A DNA stretch of 64,000 nucleotides, taken from assembly GCA_963816145.1 (NCBI GenBank), contig CAWFJP010000031.1, positions 256,001 through 320,000 of the forward strand. Direction: 5' to 3'. Under the pieces are notes generated by a model that was not told the DNA's origin, ran no database searches, and saw only the letters and a list, made by a program, of their open reading frames with translations. This DNA comes from an uncultured delta proteobacterium. Lineage in GTDB: Bacteria; Desulfobacterota; Binatia; UBA9968. The translations under genes and the position numbers were made by a program. Of the stretch, positions 39,919-48,632 are shown one piece after another (positions within the stretch are counted from its first letter, which is position 1; each line of letters starts with the position of its first letter).

Positions 39919-40551
39919 CTAAGTTTTCCCCTGCTTCTCGAAGGTCTGCAAAGTCTCTACGATCTCGCGGCTCAGCTCCCCGACGGTTTCGCTCAAGGCC
40001 TTGACGAAGTCTTCAGTGGCTAGTGACGCGGCACGCCGATGCAGTTGCGATCTTTGGCCGACCATAATCTTTTTGTTTCTATCGATCACGGTCCAGCGCG
40101 CCGTCAGCAAAGCCTCCTGATTACTGCTGGCCTCGAATTGGAGCACCTCGATTTTCACCTGATAATCCGGCGCGTCATGACTCTGCCAGGGGAATTGGAT
40201 GACTCGCGCGGGGTTAAGAAGATGGGAAATGTTTTGCTCTAAAACGCGACTGAAGCTTTCGCTCAGCGGCGCGGCCCAACGGTCGTTCTCGGAATAGCTT
40301 AATCGATTCGTCGACGTGCGTGTGGCGATCTGTTGGCGGTCGAGATAACCGGGCAATTCAATGGGGCCAAGGCCTACGGAAAAATGAGCTTTGATGCCGA
40401 CTGTGTTCTTGTCTGCCGCCAACTCCGCCTCGGGGAGAGCCCCGAGGATATAGAAACTTGACGGATCGGCTCTCGGCGCAAAGGTGGCACAACTTTCAAA
40501 CGAAACCCAGGTGGCGACGATCGCCAGAATCTTGCTCACCCGCCCGCTCAT
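39919..40551 (-). CDS. PqiC-like ABC auxiliary lipoprotein
   Basis: GLGPIELPGYLDRQQI, DRWAAPL, ARWTV. Confidence 0.85.
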   Translation of the reverse strand: MSGRVSKILAIVATWVSFESCATFAPRADPSSFYILGALPEAELAADKNTVGIKAHFSVGLGPIELPGYLDRQQIATRTSTNRLSYSENDRWAAPLSESFSRVLEQNISHLLNPARVIQFPWQSHDAPDYQVKIEVLQFEASSNQEALLTARWTVIDRNKKIMVGQRSQLHRRAASLATEDFVKALSETVGELSREIVETLQTFEKQGKT

Positions 40552-41555
40552 GGTTTTTTCTCGCTTTCCGGCCTACCGAACAACAGTGCCCGAGGATCTC
40601 GTTCAAGAAAATCGGCCATCAACCGGAGCGACCGCGCTGCCCCGGAAAGCTCTTTCAAAGCTTTGGTCAATTCATAAGCGGTCGGCGAGTTGGGATCGAC
40701 GAAGCCGTCCACGTTTGCCACGGTGACCTGGATCTGCTTGACCGCATCGCGAACGCCAGTCAGCGTCTCTTTCAAATCGGTCGAGAGCGTGGCCACGCTG
40801 CGATCGAGACTGCCGGCAACCTTTTGCACGCCGTCCGCGGCTTGGCTAATTCGCCGCACGGTTTCATCAAGTGATCGGACGGCCGCATGCAACTCGGGCT
40901 TATTGACCAAATGATTGACCCCGGCAATGGCTTCCCGCAGATCTTTGTTATTCGCCAGCCCCTCAAAATTCTTCACGGCGTCAGCAACGGAGGTAAGCAG
41001 CGCTTTGAAATCAATTTCATCGAGCTTGGTAATCAGCTGTCCGAGGATGTCCTGGGCTTTTTGAAGTGTTGTCGGGATGGTCGGGATTTCCTGGTACCGC
41101 GAGCCCGGCGGCTGAACGAACTTTGCCGGGCTGTCAGGAACGAGATCGAGCGCGACGAACAGCACGCCCGTAACGATACTTTCCGTCTGCAATTGAGCGC
41201 GTAGGCCTCGGTCAATTGCGGCTTTGAGCCCGGCCGCGTGTGTCAGACTACCGCCGACTCCTCTGCTGCCGCTGATCTTGGCGGCATCTAGGTCAATGAT
41301 CACGGGAATTCGGTTGACCTCCGCACCGTCATCGAGCTGCAATAGGATATTGGTAATGGTGCCGATTTCGACACCCTTGTATTTCACTGGCGCGCCTTCT
41401 CTTAGGCCGCTTACTGAGCCTTCGAAATAGAGTACGAACTCGTAGGTTTTGCGGAACAGCCGCCCCGAGCCGATGATCGTAACCGCGCCAATAAGCAAAA
41501 CGATAGCGCCGACCACGAAGGCGCCGATGAGCGTAGGATTGGCTTTTTTACTCAC
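40548..41555 (-). CDS. MCE/MlaD family protein (PqiB-like)
   Basis: KANPTLIGAFV, FEGSVSGLREGAPVKYKGVEIG, ERDPRALLFGR. Confidence 0.9.
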   Translation of the reverse strand: MSKKANPTLIGAFVVGAIVLLIGAVTIIGSGRLFRKTYEFVLYFEGSVSGLREGAPVKYKGVEIGTITNILLQLDDGAEVNRIPVIIDLDAAKISGSRGVGGSLTHAAGLKAAIDRGLRAQLQTESIVTGVLFVALDLVPDSPAKFVQPPGSRYQEIPTIPTTLQKAQDILGQLITKLDEIDFKALLTSVADAVKNFEGLANNKDLREAIAGVNHLVNKPELHAAVRSLDETVRRISQAADGVQKVAGSLDRSVATLSTDLKETLTGVRDAVKQIQVTVANVDGFVDPNSPTAYELTKALKELSGAARSLRLMADFLERDPRALLFGRPESEKKP

Positions 41556-42336
41556 CAGGCCGCCCTTCTCCGCGGGTGAGAAATTCTCGCACCTTGGGGT
41601 TCTGACTGTGGGCTAGGAGATCCTTGGGGTCGCCGCCGGCAATCGCCGTCTTAGTTTCAGCATCGAGAAAAATACTGTTATTACCGATGGCAAAAATACT
41701 CGGCAACTCGTGCGTGACCGCAACCACCGTCGCCCCCAAGCTATCACGCAATGCCAAGATCAGATCGTCGAGCCGGCGCGAATTGATGGGATCGAGCCCT
41801 GCCGAAGGTTCATCAATGAAAAGCACCTCCGGGTCGAGCGCGATGGCGCGCGCCAATCCCAAGCGCTTTTGCATGCCGCCGCTGATCTGCGAAGGATAAT
41901 AGTCTTCAAAGCCATTAAGGCCGACCAGCGCGAGCTTGAAAGTCGCGATCTCGCGGATCTCGGCCGGGCCGAGATCGGTGTATTCTTCGAGCGGCAGTGC
42001 GACGTTTTCAGCAAGAGTCATGGAACTCCAAAGGCCGCCGCTCTGATACAGGACGCCGAAGCGGCGAAAAAAACTCCGCCGCTCTTCGGCACTCGAGCGG
42101 GTAAAATTTGCTTTTTCGTAGAATACTTCCCCGTCGCTCGGTTCGATGAGACCGATCATGTTGCGCAGCAACGTGCTTTTGCCACAGCCACTGCCGCCCA
42201 TGATGATAAACACGTCACCGCGCTTGACCGTAAAGTTGAGATCGCGCATCAAGACGATGGAGCCGTAACCAAGAGTAAGGTTGCGCACGGTAATTTTCGC
42301 ATCGGCGGCAATCTCGTTTGAAGTTTCACTGTTCAT
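41548..42336 (-). CDS. MlaF-like ABC ATP-binding protein
   Basis: GGSGCGKS, ISGGMQKR, DEPSAGLDP. Confidence 0.92.
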   Translation of the reverse strand: MNSETSNEIAADAKITVRNLTLGYGSIVLMRDLNFTVKRGDVFIIMGGSGCGKSTLLRNMIGLIEPSDGEVFYEKANFTRSSAEERRSFFRRFGVLYQSGGLWSSMTLAENVALPLEEYTDLGPAEIREIATFKLALVGLNGFEDYYPSQISGGMQKRLGLARAIALDPEVLFIDEPSAGLDPINSRRLDDLILALRDSLGATVVAVTHELPSIFAIGNNSIFLDAETKTAIAGGDPKDLLAHSQNPKVREFLTRGEGRPGE

Positions 42337-42342
42337 CTCACA

Positions 42343-43530
42343 TCACACTCCAATTATGTAGAAGACCACGGACAAGGCGCCGCAAGCCGTGACGATAAAC
42401 ACGATGCTTGTGACCACGGCAGAAGTCGCAGCCTCGCCAACGGCCGAGGCGCTGCTTCCACACTGCATGCCGCGCAGACATCCCGAAAGGGCGATGAGGA
42501 CACCATAAATCACGCCTTTAAAGACACCGCCGAACAGGGCGGTCAAAGTGATCGCATTGATCGTCTGGTGGTAATAAGTGGTCCAGGAAAGGTCGAGCAT
42601 CCACAAACCCACTACAGCCCCACCCAAAATGCCCATCAGGTTCGCGTACAGACACAACAAGGGCATCATCAGGCAAAGGGCGATCATGCGCGGCAGCACC
42701 AAAAATTCCAGCGGCGAGAATCCCAGCGTGCTCAATGCGTCGATTTCCTGAGTCACCTTCATCGTGCCGAGCTGTGCGGCGAATGCGGCGCCGGTCCGGC
42801 CCGCCATGATGATCCCTGTCATCATGGCGCCCATATCGCGAACGACGGCGATGGCGACGAGGTCCGCCACATAGATCTGGGCGCCGAATTGGCGGAGCTG
42901 AACCGCGCCGACAAACGCCAAAATAGTACCCATGCCAAAACTGATGAGTGTGACGATGGCCAGTGCTTGCGGACCACATTCTTCGACAATAAGAAACAGA
43001 TCGGCGGTGCGGTAGCGCGCGCGCATCTTGGCCAGCTTGAGGAAGGTCAACGTCACATCGCCGAGAAAGTGCAGCATCTCTGAAAAACTGGCAAAAAAAC
43101 CCGTCGAGGTCGTACCGACCCGTGCCAAAAAGGAGGGTGCAGCGGTCGTCGGCTTGGCTGCTTCTTGCTCCGGCACTATCTCAGCGAGTTCGAGGAGACG
43201 GCGAATCCCGTCCGGCAGTCCTTCGCGGTCCGTGACAATCTCCTGCTGGTGGCAGAGCTCGGTCACTTTCATCAAGAACATAAGGACGCTGCTGTCCCAA
43301 GAGGAGAGAGCTTTGGCATCGAAGCGAACGCAGCGAACATGGTAAGCCTCGAGCGCTTTTAGCACCGGGATGGCAGAGACAGCGTTTTTTTGTGTTCGCC
43401 AGGCACCGGAAAGTTGCACGACGAGCGTATCGGCGCCAGCAGTTTCCAATGAAACGTTTGGCTTACTGTCGCTTTCAGTCTGTCCTTCCATCACCGGAAT
43501 GATCTCGTTTGTTCCACGTACCGACGCCAA
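42343..43530 (-). CDS. MlaE family permease with an N-terminal STAS-like domain (start may be 43491)
   Basis: AGRTGAAFAAQLGTMKVTQEIDAL, VGEAATSAVV. Confidence 0.92.
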   Translation of the reverse strand: MASVRGTNEIIPVMEGQTESDSKPNVSLETAGADTLVVQLSGAWRTQKNAVSAIPVLKALEAYHVRCVRFDAKALSSWDSSVLMFLMKVTELCHQQEIVTDREGLPDGIRRLLELAEIVPEQEAAKPTTAAPSFLARVGTTSTGFFASFSEMLHFLGDVTLTFLKLAKMRARYRTADLFLIVEECGPQALAIVTLISFGMGTILAFVGAVQLRQFGAQIYVADLVAIAVVRDMGAMMTGIIMAGRTGAAFAAQLGTMKVTQEIDALSTLGFSPLEFLVLPRMIALCLMMPLLCLYANLMGILGGAVVGLWMLDLSWTTYYHQTINAITLTALFGGVFKGVIYGVLIALSGCLRGMQCGSSASAVGEAATSAVVTSIVFIVTACGALSVVFYIIGV

Positions 43531-43721
43531 CTTTCGTGGCTTTTTTGCACCTGTGCGACTTCTAAGATCTGATCGGCCTCAACCACCGTCCAGAGCCCTT
43601 AACCCTTCAGTTACGACAGAATCGCGGGCGATCTAGAATATCGCAAAACACTCCATGTCACCGGACTGAAACTTATGCCGGGGATTAATTCTAAATTATG
43701 CCGGTTATGCGCGGGGATTAC

Positions 43722-43737
43722 TGTCCAATAGTAGACC
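43722..43737 (-). promoter_or_regulatory. Crp/Fnr-type palindrome, site 4
   Basis: TGTCCAATAGTAGACC on the plus strand; minus-strand -10 CATAAT at 43700-43695, facing the mla-like operon. Confidence 0.7.
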
Positions 43738-43975
43738 AGCGGGCCGGAAGCGATTGCGCCGAACACGGAATCGCGACCCCGGTCTGATGGCTAGAAACGA
43801 CGACACCGCGGGGTAGAGAACACCTTAGGCCTCTTGCGCATTGGCCGGCTCCGGCTCCATGATCTGGCCGAGACGGTGCAGTTGAAAGCCGCTCATCGAC
43901 GATCTTCCTCACTTACTTTGGTGCCGTCGACGCCATATCAAACAAGCGTCGATTGCATCAATCACGGCTATCGCT

Positions 43976-44635
43976 TCATTGAGATATTTGCCCGGCTAAG
44001 GACACCTTCTCATGCAGTACGGTGCCTTGGTATTTGTTTTCAGGCTTGTTACGGAAGCACACCTTGGTTCGAGCTCCGCTGTTCGCAGTCGCTGGCAGCA
44101 AGAGAATCTCTGGGTCAAATGAGCCATTACTTACGCCCCGGTGTGGCAGCACAACTTTCATTATCTCCAGACTGATCAATGGAAGAGCGCTCAGGGCAAG
44201 AAGTACGAAGCAATCGGCAAGCGGCATATAGGACGTCTTCAGGAAGTTGCCGAGAATCGCGTTGTGTTGGCTCCCCACCTGGAGGCCGAAAGAAATGGCA
44301 ACCACAATGACGAGGTTGAAGTTGGTGAATAGCGAGATGCGCCAGACCGGCTTGGTCTCACTGCGGGCACCGAAGGAGCGCAAGAGTTCGGCAAAAACCA
44401 ACACGGTGAAGGCGGAAGTGCGGGCCATTGCCAGGGTTCCCGTCTGCAAGACATAAAGGTAAACCGCGAACGCGACGCCCGCCGTCAGCAAGCCGGTGAA
44501 AAACATCGCGCGGAGAAAGCTGGCGTCAGCGATGCTCTCCGAACGCTGGCGCGGGCGGAGTTTCATCACATCGGGATCGATGGGGTCGGTGGCGAGGCAG
44601 AGTGCCGGTAGACCGTCGGTGACAAGATTAATCCA
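43976..44635 (-). pseudogene. 3' fragment of a cation-transporting P-type ATPase (Ca2+-type C-terminal TM domain)
   Basis: [39 protein letters not shown]; no phosphorylation or nucleotide-binding domains. Confidence 0.85.
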
Positions 44636-44844
44636 TGGGCATAGATGAAGTTCAGCCCCGGTGTCGTGCTCCAATGGCCGAGCAGGCGTGGTTTGATGTG
44701 TGCCAGCTTGAGCGGTTTCTTCAACAGCAGATTGTCGTAGAGATAAATCTGTCCAACGGAAAGATAGTTCGCCGCGCGCCAATAGGCGTTTGTCTTACGC
44801 AGCGATTCTGCACTGAGTGTCCTAGAGTCGAGGTTTGTTTTCAT
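44636..44844 (-). pseudogene. xfp: 5' fragment (about 70 codons) of phosphoketolase
   Basis: [23 protein letters not shown]...[21 protein letters not shown], then an abrupt switch to ATPase sequence. Confidence 0.9.
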
Positions 44845-44856
44845 GGCAGTTTTCGT

Positions 44857-45204
44857 TCAGGCTCGAATCATCGTCAGAATCATTTTGAAGCGCTTGAGCG
44901 CCTTGAGGGCATGGGGTTGATTCGCGGGCATGAGAATTATTTCACCGCCTCGCAACTGGTGCGGCTGGCCAGCGATGCTGATCTCCGCGTCGCCTTCGAG
45001 AACATACACCAGGGCGTCGAACTGGACCACGTGCTCACTCAGGCCTTGTCCTTCATCAAACGCGAAGAATGTCACGTTCCCAGTTGGCGCCTTGATTACT
45101 TCGCGGCTGACAATGGCGCCCTCCTGGTAGTTCACCAGCGCGGCGGCCGTCGCGACTTTGGCGCCGGGAAGGCCTTTGGTCTTGGATGGGGTTTCTGATT
45201 GCAT
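44857..45204 (-). CDS. Cupin domain protein
   Basis: FAFDEGQGLSEH...DALV.VLEG, MPANQPHALKA. Confidence 0.88.
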   Translation of the reverse strand: MQSETPSKTKGLPGAKVATAAALVNYQEGAIVSREVIKAPTGNVTFFAFDEGQGLSEHVVQFDALVYVLEGDAEISIAGQPHQLRGGEIILMPANQPHALKALKRFKMILTMIRA

Positions 45205-45436
45205 AATTCTTCCTTTCCATAGGTTCATTAGGTGACGGTCGCCGGCTCTTTCATTCTGGAATAGTGGCTGAGCCACTCAGGTTTCCGGCGCTCACTTCGC
45301 TGCGGATTGGATTCTCAGGGATTGCATTGTGTCTAGATGTTTTCCTCTGACGCAGGACGCACCTGCCGGCTTTCTGTTAACCGCTGATGTTTATTATGAG
45401 GTGGCACACCAGGCACGGTTTTTTCCAATAAGCGCT

Positions 45437-46132
45437 TTACACAACCGTTCCAAACAGTGCTCCGATGCCTGCGGTTATTGCCATGGCCAATGCTCCCCAG
45501 AATGTAACGCGCACCGTTCCGATTAGGATGCGCGCACCGCCGGTATGAGCCGCCAGGGCACCTAGAAGTGCGAGAAATAATAGAGAATTTCCGGCAACAA
45601 GGAGCACGAGGCCGCTTGCAGGCGCGACGACAGCCACTAGTAAAGGCAGCGCGGCACCCACTGCAAACGTGACGGCGGAAGTAAGTGCTGCCTGAACCGG
45701 CCGGGCACTGATGGTTTCCGAGATGCCGAGCTCGTCGCGGGCATGTGCGGCAAGCGCGTCTTTAGCCATCAGTTGTTCTGCGACTTGGTTTGCCAGAGTC
45801 GGATCGAGCCCCCGTTTGACGTAGATCGCCGCAAGCTCTCTCCTCTCGTTGGATGCGTTGGCGGCGAGTTCCGTGCGTTCGCGTCCGATGTCCGCTTGCT
45901 CGGTATCTGACTGAGAGCTGACCGAAACATACTCACCCGCAGCCATGGACATGGCTCCCGCAACCAAGCCTGCGACACCTGCCACCAGCACCGCCGTATG
46001 TGTGGCATTTGACGCGGCCACGCCAACAACCAGACTAGCGGTCGAGACGATACCGTCGTTTGCGCCCAGAACGGCGGCGCGGAGCCAGCCTATATGCTGT
46101 GTACGGTGCCGCTCACGATGGACTATGGCCAT
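45437..46132 (-). CDS. VIT1/CCC1 family Fe/Mn transporter
   Basis: WLRAAVLGANDGIVS, SMAAGEYVSVSSQ. Confidence 0.93.
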   Translation of the reverse strand: MAIVHRERHRTQHIGWLRAAVLGANDGIVSTASLVVGVAASNATHTAVLVAGVAGLVAGAMSMAAGEYVSVSSQSDTEQADIGRERTELAANASNERRELAAIYVKRGLDPTLANQVAEQLMAKDALAAHARDELGISETISARPVQAALTSAVTFAVGAALPLLVAVVAPASGLVLLVAGNSLLFLALLGALAAHTGGARILIGTVRVTFWGALAMAITAGIGALFGTVV

Positions 46133-47045
46133 GCTATTTTCCTTTCCGTATATTGTTGCCGAAAAAATACGCTGCGGGCCACCTGCCGATTACTCAACTC
46201 CTAATAACAGCTTTGCTTGATGTGAGGTAGCGGAGTCATACGGCGAGATATAGCCCAGCCGATAATTTCTTCAGCAGTGCCTCGCACTGCTTTTCCGTCG
46301 GGCTTTGCGGCAGTCTCGACAAGTCACGGTGAATCAACAAGTCCAATTTCACGACGCCGCCGGAACTAAGTTCCACCGACGCGCCAAGCGGCGCAGCTAG
46401 TCGGTTCCGTCCGCCCGGCAGCGTGCCCGCGAATCACAAGGTTCTAATTTTGAATTGCAGATTGTCACGGTGGCTCATGTCGGTAGGAATCGCCACCTCC
46501 AAGTGCTTGCCTACTACTGCTGTCATAGCGTGTCCGAGCGGGTCATACCCAGGGCGATCGCAGTGATCCCAGTCCTGACAAACCAATAGCTATTCGAGAA
46601 GTACCATGTCGCAAGTGATGCATTTAAAGCTGTGCATCTACCTCACTCAAACAACATGCTCGCGATTGAAGTCGTTAGTGCTAAGTGTTCATGTCGACCG
46701 GCGATTTCCGTTGGCTTTGAAATAAGCTCCAGACTGGAGGTACTGCCAACTCAGAACCCCCGTATGCTTACCTTGTCGCCACCCTCGGCATGTTCGCATC
46801 GCCGCTCATATCCTGGGTCGGCTCCACCGATGCCTCGCGCGCCGCCAAAACTCGCAACTGCCCGACTTGCTTCACGTAGGTTTTTGCCAGCCAAACGTTG
46901 GCGGTGAAATGATTCATTTTATAAGCAGTATCGACCAGTCCATACTAGTACCGCTGCGCCGGCGGCCCAGGCCAACTTTTCTTGTACAGTCGTATCGTGC
47001 ATTTCCTAGTCGTCCTGCTTTGATTTTGATGATCGCCTGAAACCC

Positions 47046-47393
47046 TTAATACTCTTCGCGTTCTCTTCTCAGCCGTTCGAGCTCACTTTGCTGACGATCT
47101 ATTTCCTGCTGGTTTTGCTGGATCTGCGAGTTTTGCGTGGAGCTCTGGTTTTCCTGGCCCTGCATTTGGTCGCCAATTAAAGCACCCGCGCCCAAGCCCA
47201 AACCACCGCCGATCGCCGCTCCAGCGCCTGGGTGGCCAACGGCGGCGCCAATGAGCCCGCCCGCAACGGCGCCACCGACAACACCGATCCCGGCGCCCTT
47301 TTCCCGGGTCGTGAGTGGTCCTCCAGAGCAACCGGCAATCATAAGCGTGCCGGCCAGTAAAAGCATCGGCGATTTGTTCATTGAATGATCCAA
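47046..47393 (-). CDS. Glycine-zipper outer membrane lipoprotein
   Basis: Lipobox IAGC; GAGIG..GGAVAGGLIG...GAAIGGGLG; Gln-rich coiled tail. Confidence 0.85.
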   Translation of the reverse strand: MDHSMNKSPMLLLAGTLMIAGCSGGPLTTREKGAGIGVVGGAVAGGLIGAAVGHPGAGAAIGGGLGLGAGALIGDQMQGQENQSSTQNSQIQQNQQEIDRQQSELERLRREREEY

Positions 47394-47454
47394 CCATATT
47401 TGTTATCTCCTCGTTTGCTGTTTGCTGATTTTATTTCTTACGTCATTTATCTAG

Positions 47455-47470
47455 AGCACTATCGATGCCG
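47455..47470 (-). promoter_or_regulatory. Putative sigma54 -24/-12 promoter
   Basis: CGGCATCGATAGTGCT (GG-N10-GC), 73 bp downstream of the tandem enhancer. Confidence 0.65.
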
Positions 47471-47543
47471 CTCTCGAACAGGCGCGAAAGCGCCGTTTGC
47501 CGTTAGATTACTGGCGCATGATAATGAACACGGAGAGAACGCT

Positions 47544-47578
47544 CGACCAAATCGTCGCGCTTTTCGACCAATTAGTAA
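47544..47578 (-). promoter_or_regulatory. Tandem enhancer (UAS), CGAC-N6-GTCG x2
   Basis: TTACTAATTGGTCG-N7-CGACGATTTGGTCG on the minus strand. Confidence 0.65.
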
Positions 47579-47722
47579 GGATCTGACTTGGGCGAACGGC
47601 AAAATAAAGCTTGAGATGTTTTAACCCGACTGAGTCGTTCTCGGCAGGATGGATCGTCAGCTGTGATAATGGCTCAAAACTATCGCCCGACGGCAAGCTG
47701 CATTAGTGAATCGCGAAGGACA

Positions 47723-47869
47723 TCAGAGACGACGCTCTTGCAAGACATCGATCGCCAGCGTCATCAGCGCAAAAAACAGCGGAAGATGAATGAATCCGCC
47801 AAGAGCGGGTAACGTCGCCAACCCCAAAGCCCAGCTGACCATGAGAATTAAAAAGACAGTCCACAGCAT
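47723..47869 (-). CDS. lmo0937 family (DUF5670) small membrane protein
   Basis: MLWTVFLILMVSWALGL....LGGFIHL. Confidence 0.8.
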   Translation of the reverse strand: MLWTVFLILMVSWALGLATLPALGGFIHLPLFFALMTLAIDVLQERRL

Positions 47870-47971
47870 TTTCGGCTCCTTTCCGAACAATTGCCCGCCT
47901 ATTTCTTGTCGCTCCGAGCATATTACTGAACTGTGACTGAAGTCAGGATACGCGTTGCCCACGGGATTTGC

Positions 47972-47987
47972 TGTGCAAAAGTAGACA
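47972..47987 (-). promoter_or_regulatory. Crp/Fnr-type palindrome, site 5
   Basis: TGTCTACTTTTGCACA on the minus strand; -10 TATCCT at 47950-47945. Confidence 0.7.
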
Positions 47988-48121
47988 ACGGAGCAAGTAA
48001 TGACGGCAGTATCGATTACTTGGATGAATGAGGCTTGCTAGCATCGAATCATCTCATCGCCGCGGAGGCAATTTTTCAAATTCCAGTTCTAGTCGATACC
48101 GAGCCAGTGCGGCAAGGGCGG

Positions 48122-48137
48122 TGTCTAATATTGGACG
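48122..48137 (+). promoter_or_regulatory. Crp/Fnr-type palindrome, site 6
   Basis: TGTCTAATATTGGACG; -10 TATTCT at 48159, upstream of hsp20-lon. Confidence 0.8.
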
Positions 48138-48200
48138 GTCTTCAGAGACTTTTTGGCGTATTCTGAAACATGTGAATTTGCCGGAGGAGGTTCAGATTTT

Positions 48201-48632
48201 ATGTCAGCGCAAGATTGGGATGTCATGGTCTGGCGGCGAGCTAACGAATTGCTCCAGCAGGCGGAGCGCATCCACCGGAATTTTTTACAAATCGCCGCTA
48301 CATCCCAATACCGGGCACCGCATGGCCGAGCACCGAGCTGGCAACCTCCGGTTAGTGTCGTCGAGACGGACGAAAACCTGTGGGTGATTTTAGGCCTCGC
48401 TGGGGTTGCGGTTGACGGCGTCGACGTACGGCTGGAGGGCAGCGATTTGGTGATCGCCGGCGAACGACGGCTACCCCAATGCTTCAATGAAGGGGAACTT
48501 AAGCTATGGGAGATCCCATTCGGTCGTTTTGACCGGCGACTCAGGTTGGTTGGTTGGGAGAATCCTCTCTCAGTGGGAGAGATTTCGTTTCAGGATGGGT
48601 TACTCACCATTCAGATTAGGAAGCAATCATGA
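48201..48632 (+). CDS. Hsp20 family protein (Lon-associated type)
   Basis: WQPPV.VVET, L.I.GERRLP, EIPFGRF.R, DGLLTI; overlaps the lon start. Confidence 0.85.
   Translation: MSAQDWDVMVWRRANELLQQAERIHRNFLQIAATSQYRAPHGRAPSWQPPVSVVETDENLWVILGLAGVAVDGVDVRLEGSDLVIAGERRLPQCFNEGELKLWEIPFGRFDRRLRLVGWENPLSVGEISFQDGLLTIQIRKQS

Noticed and set aside
43976-44782. 268-aa ORF as an intact gene
   Set aside because: Its N-terminus is an off-frame reading of the xfp fragment; only the part from WINLVTDG onward is ATPase-derived.
46277-46526. Minus-strand frame with an internal TGA (RTL*FAG) as a second selenoprotein
   Set aside because: No Cys-type redox motif around the TGA and no convincing hairpin; more likely a decayed gene or non-coding DNA.
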